From positions 1,054,001-1,118,000 of the forward strand of contig OZ025780.1 in the NCBI GenBank assembly GCA_964019425.1: DNA of 64,000 nt. The letters run 5' to 3'. The position numbers and the translations under genes are program-made. The notes under the pieces were generated by a model that saw only the letters and a program-made list of their open reading frames with translations, ran no database searches and was not told where the DNA came from. Positions 45,500-57,164 of this stretch are shown here, in pieces (the first letter of the stretch is position 1; each line of letters begins with the position of its first letter). The stretch comes from Flectonema sp. DT1601 (lineage: Eukaryota).

Positions 45500-46372
45500 A
45501 TGGGGAGGCACAGATCAAGATCACGAAGCAGAAGTAGAGACAGAAGGGATCGAAGAGACCGATCGAGGAGTGAGCGAGACAGAGACAGATCCCGTTCAAG
45601 ACGCGGAAGAGACAGGTCGGATTCTCGGAAAAGAAGTGACAACGTAGACAGGCGACTCCGTGAGCGAACAAACGAAGAATTATGGACCCAAGAAGAGAGA
45701 GACGCTGTAGAACTCTCTGAACAAGATCAGCAGTACATCATTCAAGGACTACCAGACATCCATAGAAATCAAAGTGGTGCAAATGGTCCTTACGCTATGG
45801 TTTGGAATTGGGGAGAAACTTCAAAATTGAAAAAGTCACTCGAATTCGGACTTGACAGCGACCCAGAATCAAAGACCTGTCCAGTTCAGAAAACAGGTGA
45901 GAGAAGAAGTGGTATTGTTGTAGTATATGGAATAATGGCAAGGACTAAGTATGAAACTCTTGGGATCGTTCATGTTCCAGGATTCCCACACGAAATATTT
46001 GTTAGAGAATCTCAAGTAGGAATGAGTCTGCGAGCTGGTCTTCCTTTGGAATTTGAAATAGTATCGCAGGGTAAACATCACACTTGTGAAAATGTTAAAG
46101 TTTTGTACAGAACTCCATTCCCAACAACTCAGTTTGGTTCCTGTCCAGGAGCTGATCCTCCTCCTTTTAGTTCAGACACTGCGCCTAAACCTGGAGAACC
46201 TCTTTACGCAACTCTTCCTAAGCCAAAGGCTCGCAAAAAGAAGAAGTCTGCTGCTGCTTTGGCTGCTGCTGCTTTAGCACAGCCAGCGACAGTTCCAACT
46301 CCAATGCCAAATCCAACGCCGGTTGCTCGAGTTGTGGAGGAATTGGATGTGAATGATGATAATGTTATTTAA
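45500..46372 (+). CDS. RS/RD-rich protein with a possible OB/cold-shock-like RNA-binding domain (splicing-factor-like)
   Basis: N-terminal RSRSRSRDRRDR repeats; beta-rich RRSGIVVVY...LGIVHV...EIFVRESQV...LEFEI resembles a CSD/OB fold; Pro/Ala-rich tail. Confidence 0.7.
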   Translation: MGRHRSRSRSRSRDRRDRRDRSRSERDRDRSRSRRGRDRSDSRKRSDNVDRRLRERTNEELWTQEERDAVELSEQDQQYIIQGLPDIHRNQSGANGPYAMVWNWGETSKLKKSLEFGLDSDPESKTCPVQKTGERRSGIVVVYGIMARTKYETLGIVHVPGFPHEIFVRESQVGMSLRAGLPLEFEIVSQGKHHTCENVKVLYRTPFPTTQFGSCPGADPPPFSSDTAPKPGEPLYATLPKPKARKKKKSAAALAAAALAQPATVPTPMPNPTPVARVVEELDVNDDNVI

Positions 46373-46709
46373 TTATTTTATAAATTTAAAAAAATGAAGA
46401 GCCCCAACTGAAGGCAACAACGTTAACCTTCTCAAGTCAAAATATATATAAATGAATACCTTCTCTAGAGCCAACACCCAACGTTGTGTTTGACGATGGG
46501 ATGACTTGTATAACAGATTACAAAGTGTTTTTTTTTTTGTCGAGTTAACTACTTTCGATGTTTTATAATGGCTATCAGGTAGGTTATTTCAATACAGACG
46601 AGTTAATGAAAAATTGGGAGTTGGGAATATTATTGTTTAGTTTCTGTTTTTATTTCTCTTTTTTTTCTTCTTTTCCAGTTTTTCCCCCTCTCCTCTCTGT
46701 TTTATAAAC

Positions 46710-47948
46710 ATGAGTGCAATGTCACTGTTGAGACACGAGATCTCGACACTTGTTAGTGAAGTTGACTCCATGAGTAGAGTGGAACAGAGTTACGAACTGA
46801 CCCCACCAATGATGTCACCTCAGAGTATGGTTTCACAATCAATGGCACCACAAAATATAATGTATGGTCAGCAGCCTTATAGCCCTGTCAGTTATCAACA
46901 GCCACTTCAGCAGCCTTACAGTCCTGTGAGTTACCAGCAGCCAGTTCAGCAGCCGGTTCAACAGCCGCAGTATATTTATGTGCAGCAAAGTCAGCAACCT
47001 CTTCAGCAATCTGTACAAATATTACCGAGTCCACCTTCTCATGAAGTTCCAATGCAATCACCTAACCAGCAAATGTATCAACAGCCTGTTAGTTATGTAC
47101 AACAATCACATCACCCTCAAATACAACACCACCAACTCCCTCAACAACATCAGCAGCAACACCAACATCAGCAGCATCAGCCTCAGCCTCAGCCTCAGCC
47201 TCGGCATCAGCCTCCAGTCTCACTTTCGGATCAACCTGCGGATCCGTATGACCCGCATTGGCAAACAGAAAAGAAAGCACTCTTACGCAGGATTGATATG
47301 ATGGAAGAAGCTGAGGAAGAGCGACGCCACTATGATCGGATGGAAAAAAAAAAACTGGCATATGAGCTCGAGGATGCAGCAATGCGTGAGAAAGAACAAG
47401 ATCGAGTCTTTCAAAGAGAGAGAGAAAGAGAAAGTCGATGGATGCAATCACCTCCAACAAGTAATTGGGGAGGAGTACCTCCTCCACCACCGCCAGTTGT
47501 AACGACAACTACACCGACAGTCAGCTACAGAAGTAGATCTTCAAGTAGTTCAACAAAGACTGGTCAGAGACATAAAAGTAGCAAACGGAGAAGAAGAAGT
47601 CGCAGCTCTGGTGGTGAAAGAGTCTATTTAAACATCAACGTCTCAGGTGTTTCCAATCCTCTACTTCTTAAGATTAGAAGAGATGAGCCTTTAGCTGTTG
47701 TACAAGAGAGACTTCCTCCTCACTTTATGCTTCTTCTTGACGGTAAGCAACTTCAATACACTCGATCACCTGCAGACTACTATTGGAAGGCAGGTGATTA
47801 CAACACGGTCTTCCTTAATGCCGTCCCTTCTAATGGAGCGACCAGACGAAGTCCTTCCAGACGAAGTTCACGAAGTCCTTCTCGTAGATCTTCAAGACGT
47901 CCGAGTCTCGGGTCAGTAAAGGGATACGTAAAAACCATTCCAAGATAA
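46710..47948 (+). CDS. Gln/Pro-rich protein with a coiled coil and a C-terminal SUMO-like/ubiquitin-like domain
   Basis: ATG after ttcttttccag (46678); polyQ/P region; charged helix; VYLNINV...LLLKIRRDEPL...LLLDGKQL...SPADY resembles a SUMO/Rad60-like fold. Confidence 0.75.
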   Translation: MSAMSLLRHEISTLVSEVDSMSRVEQSYELTPPMMSPQSMVSQSMAPQNIMYGQQPYSPVSYQQPLQQPYSPVSYQQPVQQPVQQPQYIYVQQSQQPLQQSVQILPSPPSHEVPMQSPNQQMYQQPVSYVQQSHHPQIQHHQLPQQHQQQHQHQQHQPQPQPQPRHQPPVSLSDQPADPYDPHWQTEKKALLRRIDMMEEAEEERRHYDRMEKKKLAYELEDAAMREKEQDRVFQRERERESRWMQSPPTSNWGGVPPPPPPVVTTTTPTVSYRSRSSSSSTKTGQRHKSSKRRRRSRSSGGERVYLNINVSGVSNPLLLKIRRDEPLAVVQERLPPHFMLLLDGKQLQYTRSPADYYWKAGDYNTVFLNAVPSNGATRRSPSRRSSRSPSRRSSRRPSLGSVKGYVKTIPR

Positions 47949-48347
47949 CATCACCAGACCTGAAGATCGTATTTTAGATATTATGTTGGTCATCAAATTT
48001 TGTACGATAAAACAACAACAACAAGTTTCTTTAGAAAAAAAAAAATAAAAAGGAAAAAATTTAAAAAAAAAAAAAAAAGAACTATTATTTTGTATATTTC
48101 CCCCCTTCCTTCGGTTTCCTCCCTTGTTCATGTATGTTATTTTATGTTATTTTATATACCGCCGGTTACAGCACAGAGATAAACAAAATCCTTTTTTTTT
48201 TTTTAAATCAGGAGGAGTAAAAGTTATCGATGAAACGCAAACTGTGTCTTCTGTCTCTCCTGAAGAGGACATCAGTAAGGGTAGCACTGCTGTTTGATGT
48301 CTCTTATTGGTAAGACTTTTATTTTCAACTTTCATTTAATAATTCAA

Positions 48348-48953
48348 ATGCCAGGGGGGGAGGGAAAAAAAAAAAAGGTGTTGTTGAAAGAAACAATGAA
48401 ATTACCAGAACTCCAACCCATCACTCCCCCTATCGATTATGGAGGAGCGAGAACTACTAAGATACAGGTTGACTACAATCAACAGGAAGAGTGTTTTGAA
48501 GTTAGTGATGTCGTCTACTCAATGTTGAAGACTGTTCAAGGAGTTGAAGAATACACACCACTCAGAGATGTGTTGATTATTAGAGGACTCCGACTGGCTG
48601 AAGAACTTCCAGAAATACATTTAAAAATCCAATCATGGGAACACATCATGTCCGGGGGAATGAATCCACTTGATCATATCTCAGGTTGTAATTGTTCTCA
48701 TCACTCAGAGATACTTCCTGGAAGACAAGCTGCTGCTGTTTTTCAAGCAGAAAGAAAACTTCATTTTGGTCTTTCAACGAGAGATGAATTAGTTACACAA
48801 GCAGCTATTGAACAATTGACTTCTCTCGGTGAGTCAACGAGGATTATCGACATGTTGACATCAGCATTTCCTGATGCTCCTCGTCAAGTTATTGAAAATA
48901 ATCCCATCGCTCACATGAGAATGCTTCTGAGAGAAAATACCATCCTAGAGTGA
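48348..48953 (+). CDS. Hypothetical protein (start uncertain)
   Basis: About 200-codon open frame with coding-like composition. No recognisable motif. Confidence 0.6.
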   Translation: MPGGEGKKKKVLLKETMKLPELQPITPPIDYGGARTTKIQVDYNQQEECFEVSDVVYSMLKTVQGVEEYTPLRDVLIIRGLRLAEELPEIHLKIQSWEHIMSGGMNPLDHISGCNCSHHSEILPGRQAAAVFQAERKLHFGLSTRDELVTQAAIEQLTSLGESTRIIDMLTSAFPDAPRQVIENNPIAHMRMLLRENTILE

Positions 48954-49144
48954 ACTGTTGTATTTTTTTTTTTTTTTTTTTTTTATTATAGCCACCGTTA
49001 CGGGATAACAGAAGAAGTTTATTTTTTTATTTATTTTATTCGTTTGTTTTCGTTTTATATGCCAAGGTTTCTTGTTTTTTTTTTTTTTTTTTGCAATAAA
49101 ATCAAAAAAAAAAAATAAATATAAATGAATTTTTCTTTTTTTTT

Positions 49145-49272
49145 GTACCGACGTAGTCGGAGAAGAAACTATTCAGATTGAAAGCCGATATTTCTTATGG
49201 TCATGATTTATTTTCCCCGTGCGACAGGATTTTGTCTGCGTTCAACGAAATAAAGGTTAATCTGAATGGTTT
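49145..49272 (+). repeat. Dispersed hairpin repeat family B, copy 2
   Basis: gtaccgacgtagtcggagaagaaactattcagatt...ggattttgtctgcgttcaa...aatctgaatggttt. Confidence 0.88.
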
Positions 49273-49769
49273 TATTTTTATTGTTTTCTGCGAAACACTA
49301 TTCTCAAACGTCTCCCAAAATAAATAATTGGGATCGAAGGAATCGTTTTTATTCCGTACAATTGTTTAAGTCGGTTCACGGGTTTTTCGTGCACAACAAA
49401 AAAAAAAAAACCAACAAAAGTGTTATATTACTGTTTCTGAAAAACTTATTTTCGTGATGACTTCCTTCGCCAGTTTTTTTCAGGTTGCTTTTTATTAGTC
49501 CCCATTCGAAACATGTAGTGGTTCGTTCCTTTTTCTAAAAAGTAATTTTCTTTGATTAACAAACTACAAATATTTCTTCAGTCAAGTACTTTGATATTAA
49601 TTTTTGTTTTTAATAGCTAAAGTTGTTACTGTTTTTACATTGTCAAAGTTTCCCTCCCCATTTGAAACATGTAGTGGTTCGTTAAAGAACCTTTTCTTCT
49701 TTCACGCGCAACAGATTTTATTTGTTATCTCTTTGCGGGTTTGCGAGTTTTTCAAATTCTTTTTTATAC

Positions 49770-49830
49770 CCCTTTTGCATACTTTGTTATTAGGCCACTT
49801 CAACTGAAAAAATGAAGTGACTTCAGATCT

Positions 49831-49877
<47 letters not shown>

Positions 49878-50530
49878 ATAAATTGTTTGTGTGACGGAAG
49901 AAAAAAAAAAAAAAAAAAAAAAACACAATTTCCTCACGTTTTTTTTTGTTATTCCCTCTTTTATCAAAGTTGCTTTATAATCTTCCTACTACCGCAGTAT
50001 TGGGGACCCTCAGAAGAGCCACCCGGTACTCTTTGAGTGTCTACCTAACCGATACTCGGTAATCTGATGGACTTGCTAAATAGCTTGTATTCGACTATAT
50101 TTAATTACAGTATCTGATCACACTCTTCACTTATAATAAACAGCTGACAGATATCATTGACGACGACTGTTCATCTTTATTACCTCTCTTTTTTGAAATA
50201 TAAAAACAGTTCATAAAGAACTTTTCCTTTCACAGTAGTTGATTGCATTGCCGTAAGGCAGGCCAGATAAAATCTTATGTGAGGAAAAAAAAAGTATCTA
50301 GTTTTTCAAAAAAAAAAAAAAATTTCTTTTTTTACCCTTTTGCACACTTTGTTATTGGGTCACTTTCACTGAAATGAAGTGACGTCAGAATCGTAGAGAA
50401 AAGTTGCATTTTTATTTTATTTTTATTTTTATAGTTCTTGTGATGGAAGAAGCAATTTCCTCACACACAAAAATATAGCAAGCTCGTGTAGTGCAATTTT
50501 ATTATTATGTTTTTTTTGTATTTCCCTCTT
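49770..50530 (+). repeat. Local direct repeat, two ~190-bp copies (about 49770-49960 and 50335-50530)
   Basis: ccttttgca.actttgttatt.gg.cactt..actgaaa..tgaagtgac.tcaga...tg.tga.ggaagaa...caatttcctcac...ttccctctt is present twice. Confidence 0.8.
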
Positions 50531-51583
50531 CCTTCGCGTAAAAACTAACAGTCGACTCTCCAGAAGTTCAGATTGGGTTCAAAATAATAATAATAATAAT
50601 ATTGTTGTTGTTGTTCCTGTCTAATTCCCCCATTATACTCCCTCCCCCCCCCCTTTCACAATAGCACGCTGTTGTAAATATTGAAAATTTGACAGGGTGA
50701 TGATCGGATTTCAATTTTTATATTTTAATTACTCTCTGAAGGGCAATTAGGTCCTCATTACACAGGTAATGATAAGAGGATAATCTTATTTATTGCGTTC
50801 TACTTGACTTCTAATTTCAGTATCAAGTTGTCTCTCCCTCTCTCTCTCGTTGATTTACGGTGGCTATTATTTTTTCTATTGCGTTTTATTTATCAACTCA
50901 AATAGCATTCTTTGGCTATACAAAACAAAGCAAACAAACAGTTCACTCTTGGGTAAGGTAAAAGAGCTTTTTTTTTCCCTCTTTTCTTTCGGCAATAAGA
51001 CAAAAAATAAAAAATAATTATTTTCATTTTTCTTTTTTCTAAACATAAATATTTTGATATTACGAAGGACCATTACTTTTGATATTAATTTTGTATTTAA
51101 TATCCTGAAGTCGTTGTTCATTTCCATAAAACGAACAAAAAAAAAAAAAAAAAAAAAAAAAACCAGAAGATCAGTTTCCGTGATCTCCGATAAAACAAAT
51201 AAAAGTAGCGAATAGTGACCTCCGCCTGTGATAAAGATAAGTACTACTAGTGAAGTAGTAGTCAAACAATCGACGTATCAGAAGAAGCTTTAATTCCATA
51301 AATATGAAAGAAGTATACAGCAGTGATACGCAAGTAGTACATATCAGGAATATATAAGTTATTGAGCAATACTTCCCTGGCTTCAGTTCAGTAAATGAAA
51401 AAAAAAATGATGAGAGTTAGTTTCTTGTAAAAAAAATTTGTCTGCTCCGCGCTGCTAAATCTCTGGTGGTGCGGTTCTCTGGGTGTTATGTTTTGTTTTT
51501 ATTGTGTCGGAGTCTACCTTGTTTGAATACAAGAAATGTCCGTCACAACAGTTGGCGCTCCCTCTTCCCTTTTTTTTTCGATC

Positions 51584-51614
<31 letters not shown>

Positions 51615-51900
51615 TTTTGATACTAACTTAGTAATCAAAAAGACTCTGTTGTCAAACAAAAACCAGCTAATAATTACTGACCGTGCAGTGACAGCAATCG
51701 ACAGGTTTGTTTTCGTTTCTTATTTTGGTTCGATATGTTATTTGGGAAATCGTGTTGCACAGCTTAGTCGTTCAGTTTTTAAACAAAAGCCCCACCTGGA
51801 TGGAGGCTTGTGAATGTGAAGAAAGGATTGCTGTTCTCTTTGAATACTGTCGACCGGTTAGTGTGTGATAAGGAAGTACCCTTTTCATCGAACCATGATG

Positions 51901-52000
<100 letters not shown>

Positions 52001-52318
52001 TTTTTTATTTTTTTACTTCTATTTATTAATGAAAGCGGCTGATCGCCTGATGTGTTTTATTAATTTGTGGCATCCTTCAGATGCTTCAATCCTGTTGGGT
52101 ACTACTAAAGTTGGAACCCTTCCTATCGCTATTCGCGGTGAGATTGGCACCGATTTTCATTCTTAGTTTTTTAAGATTGTGTTGCGCCATGCCTTCTGTT
52201 GGGTCGCCAGATATAATTCTTGAATTTTTTTTTTTTTTTTTTTTAATTTTCTTTCTGATTTCAGACGGGAATGCTCTTGAAACAGACTTTGTGGCTTTTT
52301 TATATCAGGTTATTCTAC

Positions 52319-52424
52319 GTCTCTTATCGTCTGTGAGAGTCTCACGGTTGCCGCTGGTAGCGATATACTGTTACCCTGTTGAGCTTTTTCCTCTGACTTT
52401 TAGCTTTAGGCTTCGTAAATAAAA
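52319..52424 (+). repeat. Dispersed repeat family C, copy 2, bracketed by ~50-bp direct repeats
   Basis: Matches 22191-22270. Flanks tttctgatt..cgggaat..tt.gaaacagact.tgtggcttttttata lie at about 52252-52304 and 52431-52481. Confidence 0.85.
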
Positions 52425-53049
52425 TATACCTTTCTGATTCAAGCGGGAATACTTTGAAACAGACTCTGTGGCTTTTTTATACCTGAATTCGGGAGCTTCA
52501 AAGAAAAGAAAAGAAAGAAAAAAATGAATCTTCGGATTTCCCCATCTTCTTGTTTACTGGACAAACGATCCGTCACAGTGGATGAAAAAATATAAACGAA
52601 TAAATTGCTGTACACATCTCAATGAAAAGGATGAGTGAAAAGGGAAAAGATTTGTGGCAAGCATGCATAGCTTACATTTTTTCCTTTTTTTTTAAAAAAA
52701 AAAAAGGAAAATAAATAAAAGCCTCTTCTTTTTTTTTTTTTGAAGAGCAAAAAATCCTTCGAAGGTTGTAAATAATCTCAGTTTCTTTTTTATTTTATTT
52801 TTTTTCGGTTTATTCGGTTGTACAATTTTCGAATAATATTCTTTTTTTTTTTTTTTGGTTGTATGAGCAACTGTTAATATGTAGAAAGAGATTGATGTAG
52901 ATATCATTCTTTGATCATACTTAACCTCACCTCCTTATCACAGGAACACAATGTTGTCGAGTAACAATTTCGGTGGTGTGAAGGAGCGGGAATGCGAATC
53001 AGAGGTTCTTTGAGTCCAATCATTTTTTTAAAACAAAAAAAAAACAGAA

Positions 53050-54531
53050 ATGAAATTAAAAATAACATGCGACGGAGCAAAACGTCGGTTTGCAGCAAGT
53101 GACTGGAAGAGTCTACGAGATATAATCAGCAGACTGTTTGGTGAAGGTGTTGGAGTGTACCTTTGCAATGGTCGGGAAATATCAAATCAAAACGACTTTG
53201 AGGAAGTTGATGACGGCAACTTGGTATCCGTCGAAGTAAAACAACAATCAAAACAACCCATCGTCAGATCGACATCTAAACTAACAACACAACAAACAAC
53301 AAGTAGTGATAAGTTATCCTACATGAAAACAAAGTTAAAAGGTGAACAGTTAAGTCAAACAGTTCAGTCGGCTATCAAATTAACTTCTCAACCACTCGAA
53401 GACACTAATTGGGATTCCACTAACTCCACTTCTTCATCTGATTCTGAAGAATGTGTTACAGATGTCGATATTAAGATGTCATCACCACTCTCAGAAGTAT
53501 CTTCAGGTGTTCCTTATCAAATAGTTTTGAGTCCTCGTTCTAAACGTCTTCGTCAGAAAGCGAGAAACAACTTCTCACTTAAAACAGATGAGAGTACTAA
53601 AGCGACTGATCAAAAAAGGGGATTAAAGAACAGCAATCCATCTGGTGACCAGAAGTTGATATCCGTCTCCAGACAGCAGGAGTCTGCTGACGACGACGTC
53701 ACTCCTGTTGGAAGATCACCAACTGGGTCGTCAACTTCATTTGATCAAATAATTAATCAAAACGAGTCGTCACTACGTCAACAACATTCCGTTGATGACG
53801 ACAGCGATGTTGACGAACCTCATCACTCGATCACAAGTAGACGGCAGTACATCGATTCTGATGATGACGACAGCTCTTCGTACACTTCTGACATCACAAC
53901 AGAAGATGATGAAGAACAGATCGACTGCAGTGTCAGAACTGAAAGATTAGAATACGACTACTACAGCGAGGATGAATTATCACCTCAACAGGAAGAACAA
54001 CTTCGATGGGGCGATGACTACGAAGACGAAGTAGCTGAACAACCAACAGGTCGCTGGTGCGATGATTTCGATTCCGAGAAAGACGCAGCGAGTGCTGCGG
54101 ATGTCGAAGTCACGAGACCAACAGCTCGCTGGGCTGATGATTTCGACGACTCTGAAATATCTTCTCCGTCTCCACGAGAAGAAGTTCATCAAATTAGTGA
54201 AAGCGAGCAGTCAATCGAAGAGTTGCGACCCGTCGATATGAAGTCTGCGATGAGAATTAGGATTTCTACAACCTCAGAAGTCAGCAGCAGTAAATCCAAC
54301 TCTGAAGTACCAAATCCGAATACTATCCTTTGTGAAGATTATAACAAGGATGAAGTCATCAGATGGCTGCTACGAGAGAACGCACAGCTCAGAGAACTTC
54401 TTCAATTCCGAACAGATCGCGAGAATGGTTCCTCATCTCAACCACTTCCGGCTACTAAGGAATGGGAGGAAACAACCGAAGCAGAAAACCCATTCGACGA
54501 CTATTCGATGGCTGCTTACTGTAATTCATAA
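53050..54531 (+). CDS. Acidic/Ser-rich protein with an N-terminal PB1/ubiquitin-like domain
   Basis: MKLKITCDGAKRRF...EISNQNDFEEV resembles PB1; repeated RW(G/C/A)DD(Y/F) motif; short C-terminal coiled coil. Confidence 0.75.
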   Translation: MKLKITCDGAKRRFAASDWKSLRDIISRLFGEGVGVYLCNGREISNQNDFEEVDDGNLVSVEVKQQSKQPIVRSTSKLTTQQTTSSDKLSYMKTKLKGEQLSQTVQSAIKLTSQPLEDTNWDSTNSTSSSDSEECVTDVDIKMSSPLSEVSSGVPYQIVLSPRSKRLRQKARNNFSLKTDESTKATDQKRGLKNSNPSGDQKLISVSRQQESADDDVTPVGRSPTGSSTSFDQIINQNESSLRQQHSVDDDSDVDEPHHSITSRRQYIDSDDDDSSSYTSDITTEDDEEQIDCSVRTERLEYDYYSEDELSPQQEEQLRWGDDYEDEVAEQPTGRWCDDFDSEKDAASAADVEVTRPTARWADDFDDSEISSPSPREEVHQISESEQSIEELRPVDMKSAMRIRISTTSEVSSSKSNSEVPNPNTILCEDYNKDEVIRWLLRENAQLRELLQFRTDRENGSSSQPLPATKEWEETTEAENPFDDYSMAAYCNS

Positions 54532-55361
54532 CAACATCACTTCTACCTGCTTTTGTCGTTTTTCTTTTTTATAAGTCATTCGTTTCTTACCTGAACTTTG
54601 GTTTTTAATTTTGTTATTTTTTGGATTATATTGAGATCTCACTACTGAGATTCAATGGCCTGTGTTCCTTAATGTGGTACTGAGTTGTTGTTGTTATTTT
54701 TTTTTTGTGTTTTTTTTTTTTTGCTAACCAGCGCTTCGTCTTCAAAAAGAGTATTTGAGACGACTTACAACTTTCTAGCGCTTATTTCGTTTTTTTTATA
54801 AAAAAAAACGTAGAAATATAATAAAAAATACCTGTGAATGAATTCTGTGTGTATTGATTGTTGCCCACCTAGCCTTTTATTTCATTTATTTTTTTCTTTT
54901 TATCTATTTTGAAGCTGACCTAGTGGGTGGTGGTTGGCCACAATTCTTTTTTAATTTCCCTTCGCTTGACAACCTGTTGGACTTCGCAAAAGACTTCTTC
55001 CCCTGGCATTTCTTTTAGTTTTCTATTTTTTGTGATAACGTTGTCTGTGAACTCAACTAAAGTGATGTCCTTTTTGATTTCAGTTATCTTTTTTGAGTTG
55101 TTTTGACTATTACGATCGTATGGTGTCCTTAAAGTGATTGAGACGGCACTTCGCTCAATACCTCAGTTGGGATTCTTCCCAACCTCACTAGTAGTGACGT
55201 AGTAAACAACTGCCACCACCGACATTATCCTCCCAAACTGCTTTTGGGACCGTTTTCGCATTGCGTCTCGCCTCCGCATGCATTATATTTAATTACGTGG
55301 TCAGCCGCGCTGCTGTCGTTATTATTATTCAGTTAGGGAAAGAAATCATCAAAAAAAAAAA

Positions 55362-56567
55362 ATGAATGAAGACATGGCACGCGATTACAACAGACGGAGG
55401 GATGAAGCTGCCGTTAGTTTAGAACAGACGCAGGAGAGTTATGAAATTCCGGAAGAAGAGTTAGCGAGTTGGGCTGACCTTCCAGACTTTCCAGAAGGAG
55501 AAGAGAAACCAGACTGGAGAAGACGACTTGATGAACCAGATGGTTGGAGAGAGCTGCCTATTTTTATGGAAAGCATTCCCGAGAATTCTGATAACCCACA
55601 AGTTCAAGCCTTGGCAGATATTATGTACAACGAAGCATCTCCTGAAGAGATCGCAGAGTCGAGTAAATCTCGTGGAAATGTTGCGATGAAACAAGCTGGA
55701 ATGTCAAGTGGTGGAACTGCTGGTCCAAGAGGTAGTTATCGAACTGCTTTAGCTTTCTACACGGAAGGTCTCAACGCCAAGGGAAGCGATGACATGATCA
55801 ACGCTGCGCTATTCGCCAACAGAGCCCAGGCACATCTCGGACTTGAAAACTACGGACACTGTGTTGCTGATTGTCAAGACTCTCTTCGTATTCGACAGGA
55901 CGTGAAATGTTACTTTAGATCTGCTAAGGCATGTATCGCTGTTAAGAAACCTGAAAGGGCAATAAAGTTTATTCAAAAAGGTCTCTCACTACCTGGTGAG
56001 GAGAATAACAAGGCTCTTCTGGGACAGATGAAGGTCGTCGACGAACTAAACAAAACTCTGGATAGAATCCACAGAGAAAGTAAACGAAAACAAAGAGATG
56101 AGACAGCGCAATGGTATGAAAGTGTTCAGCTACTTGTCGACAGCGGGATTAAAGTCAGAAAGAGTGAAATGCAATCCCAACACTGGGCACAGTACGGAGC
56201 TCAAGGTCCACATTTAGAAGAAGGAATCCTTCACATGAGTATGTTGTTTGTGTACGATGAGTATAATCAAAGTGACTTTGTTCAATCTGTCCTACTTGAT
56301 CATTCTATTTTGGATCACGTTACTAATATGTTCCCACCTGAGGGTCCTCGTCCTGAATGGGATGCCCACTCTCGTTACACAACTCCTCGACTAACTGCAT
56401 TCTACCAAGTTGGATATAAAAAAGTTGAAGTTAAAGACATTAACGAAACATTCAACAACCTTCTCCGCCTCAAGGATTACGAGTGCCCAGGATTCCTCCC
56501 AACATTTCACATCATTCCTACGGATGCTGAGTACGCGAAGAAGTGGAGAGATGGAGAAGAGATTTAA
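55362..56567 (+). CDS. TTC4: TPR co-chaperone TTC4/Cns1
   Basis: LPIFMESIPE...VQALADIMY..PEEIAESSKSRGN; TPRs YTEGL, LFANRAQAHLGLENYG, KCYFRSAKAC; C-terminal LFVYDEYNQSDFV (Wheel domain-like). Confidence 0.88.
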   Translation: MNEDMARDYNRRRDEAAVSLEQTQESYEIPEEELASWADLPDFPEGEEKPDWRRRLDEPDGWRELPIFMESIPENSDNPQVQALADIMYNEASPEEIAESSKSRGNVAMKQAGMSSGGTAGPRGSYRTALAFYTEGLNAKGSDDMINAALFANRAQAHLGLENYGHCVADCQDSLRIRQDVKCYFRSAKACIAVKKPERAIKFIQKGLSLPGEENNKALLGQMKVVDELNKTLDRIHRESKRKQRDETAQWYESVQLLVDSGIKVRKSEMQSQHWAQYGAQGPHLEEGILHMSMLFVYDEYNQSDFVQSVLLDHSILDHVTNMFPPEGPRPEWDAHSRYTTPRLTAFYQVGYKKVEVKDINETFNNLLRLKDYECPGFLPTFHIIPTDAEYAKKWRDGEEI

Positions 56568-57164
56568 TAGGTCAAACCTGTTTTATTCAAACCGAACTAT
56601 TCTCTAGAAAGGTGTCAGAGTTTCTTCAACTGGTGACCAGATTGCAGACCTGAAGCCGAAATGCATGTTGTGAAGTAATTCAAAACAGTAACTGGTTGGT
56701 TTACAGAGACAAGGTGTTATTCACATACCACGTCACGTATCTGCCCTCTGTTAAAGTTGTGGCGGTGTGTGCGGAGGTATTTCTGTAAATCTAAAAATAT
56801 TCATATTCGGTACTCCAACAATAGTCGTAATAGCAGCCCATTCCCTTTGTCCAAGTTTCGTTAGTTTTACAAGTAGTCGTTTATTATTAGGCCACGTGTC
56901 ACTGCCCTATTACTGTGGAGGTGAGCGGAGGATTTTTTTTTTTTTTTTTTGCGGAATTCTCTTCATCGAAGAAGATGACCGCACAAGAACAAAAAAAAAA
57001 AAAAAAAGAAAAAAAAAAAAAAGAAATATTCTCCAGTTGGATCATATTATCAATTAGTTTCTTTCTTCAGAAAGCCGCTGGTGGCATTTCTTTGAAGACA
57101 GTCTGAGGCTTCTGAATATCAAATTACTAATAATATTTGAAACAGATATTTTAAAAATAATAAA

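Noticed and set aside
50695..50742. Possible box C/D snoRNA (gtgatga...ctga)
   Set aside because: Too short, AT-rich interior, and no recognisable guide or terminal stem.
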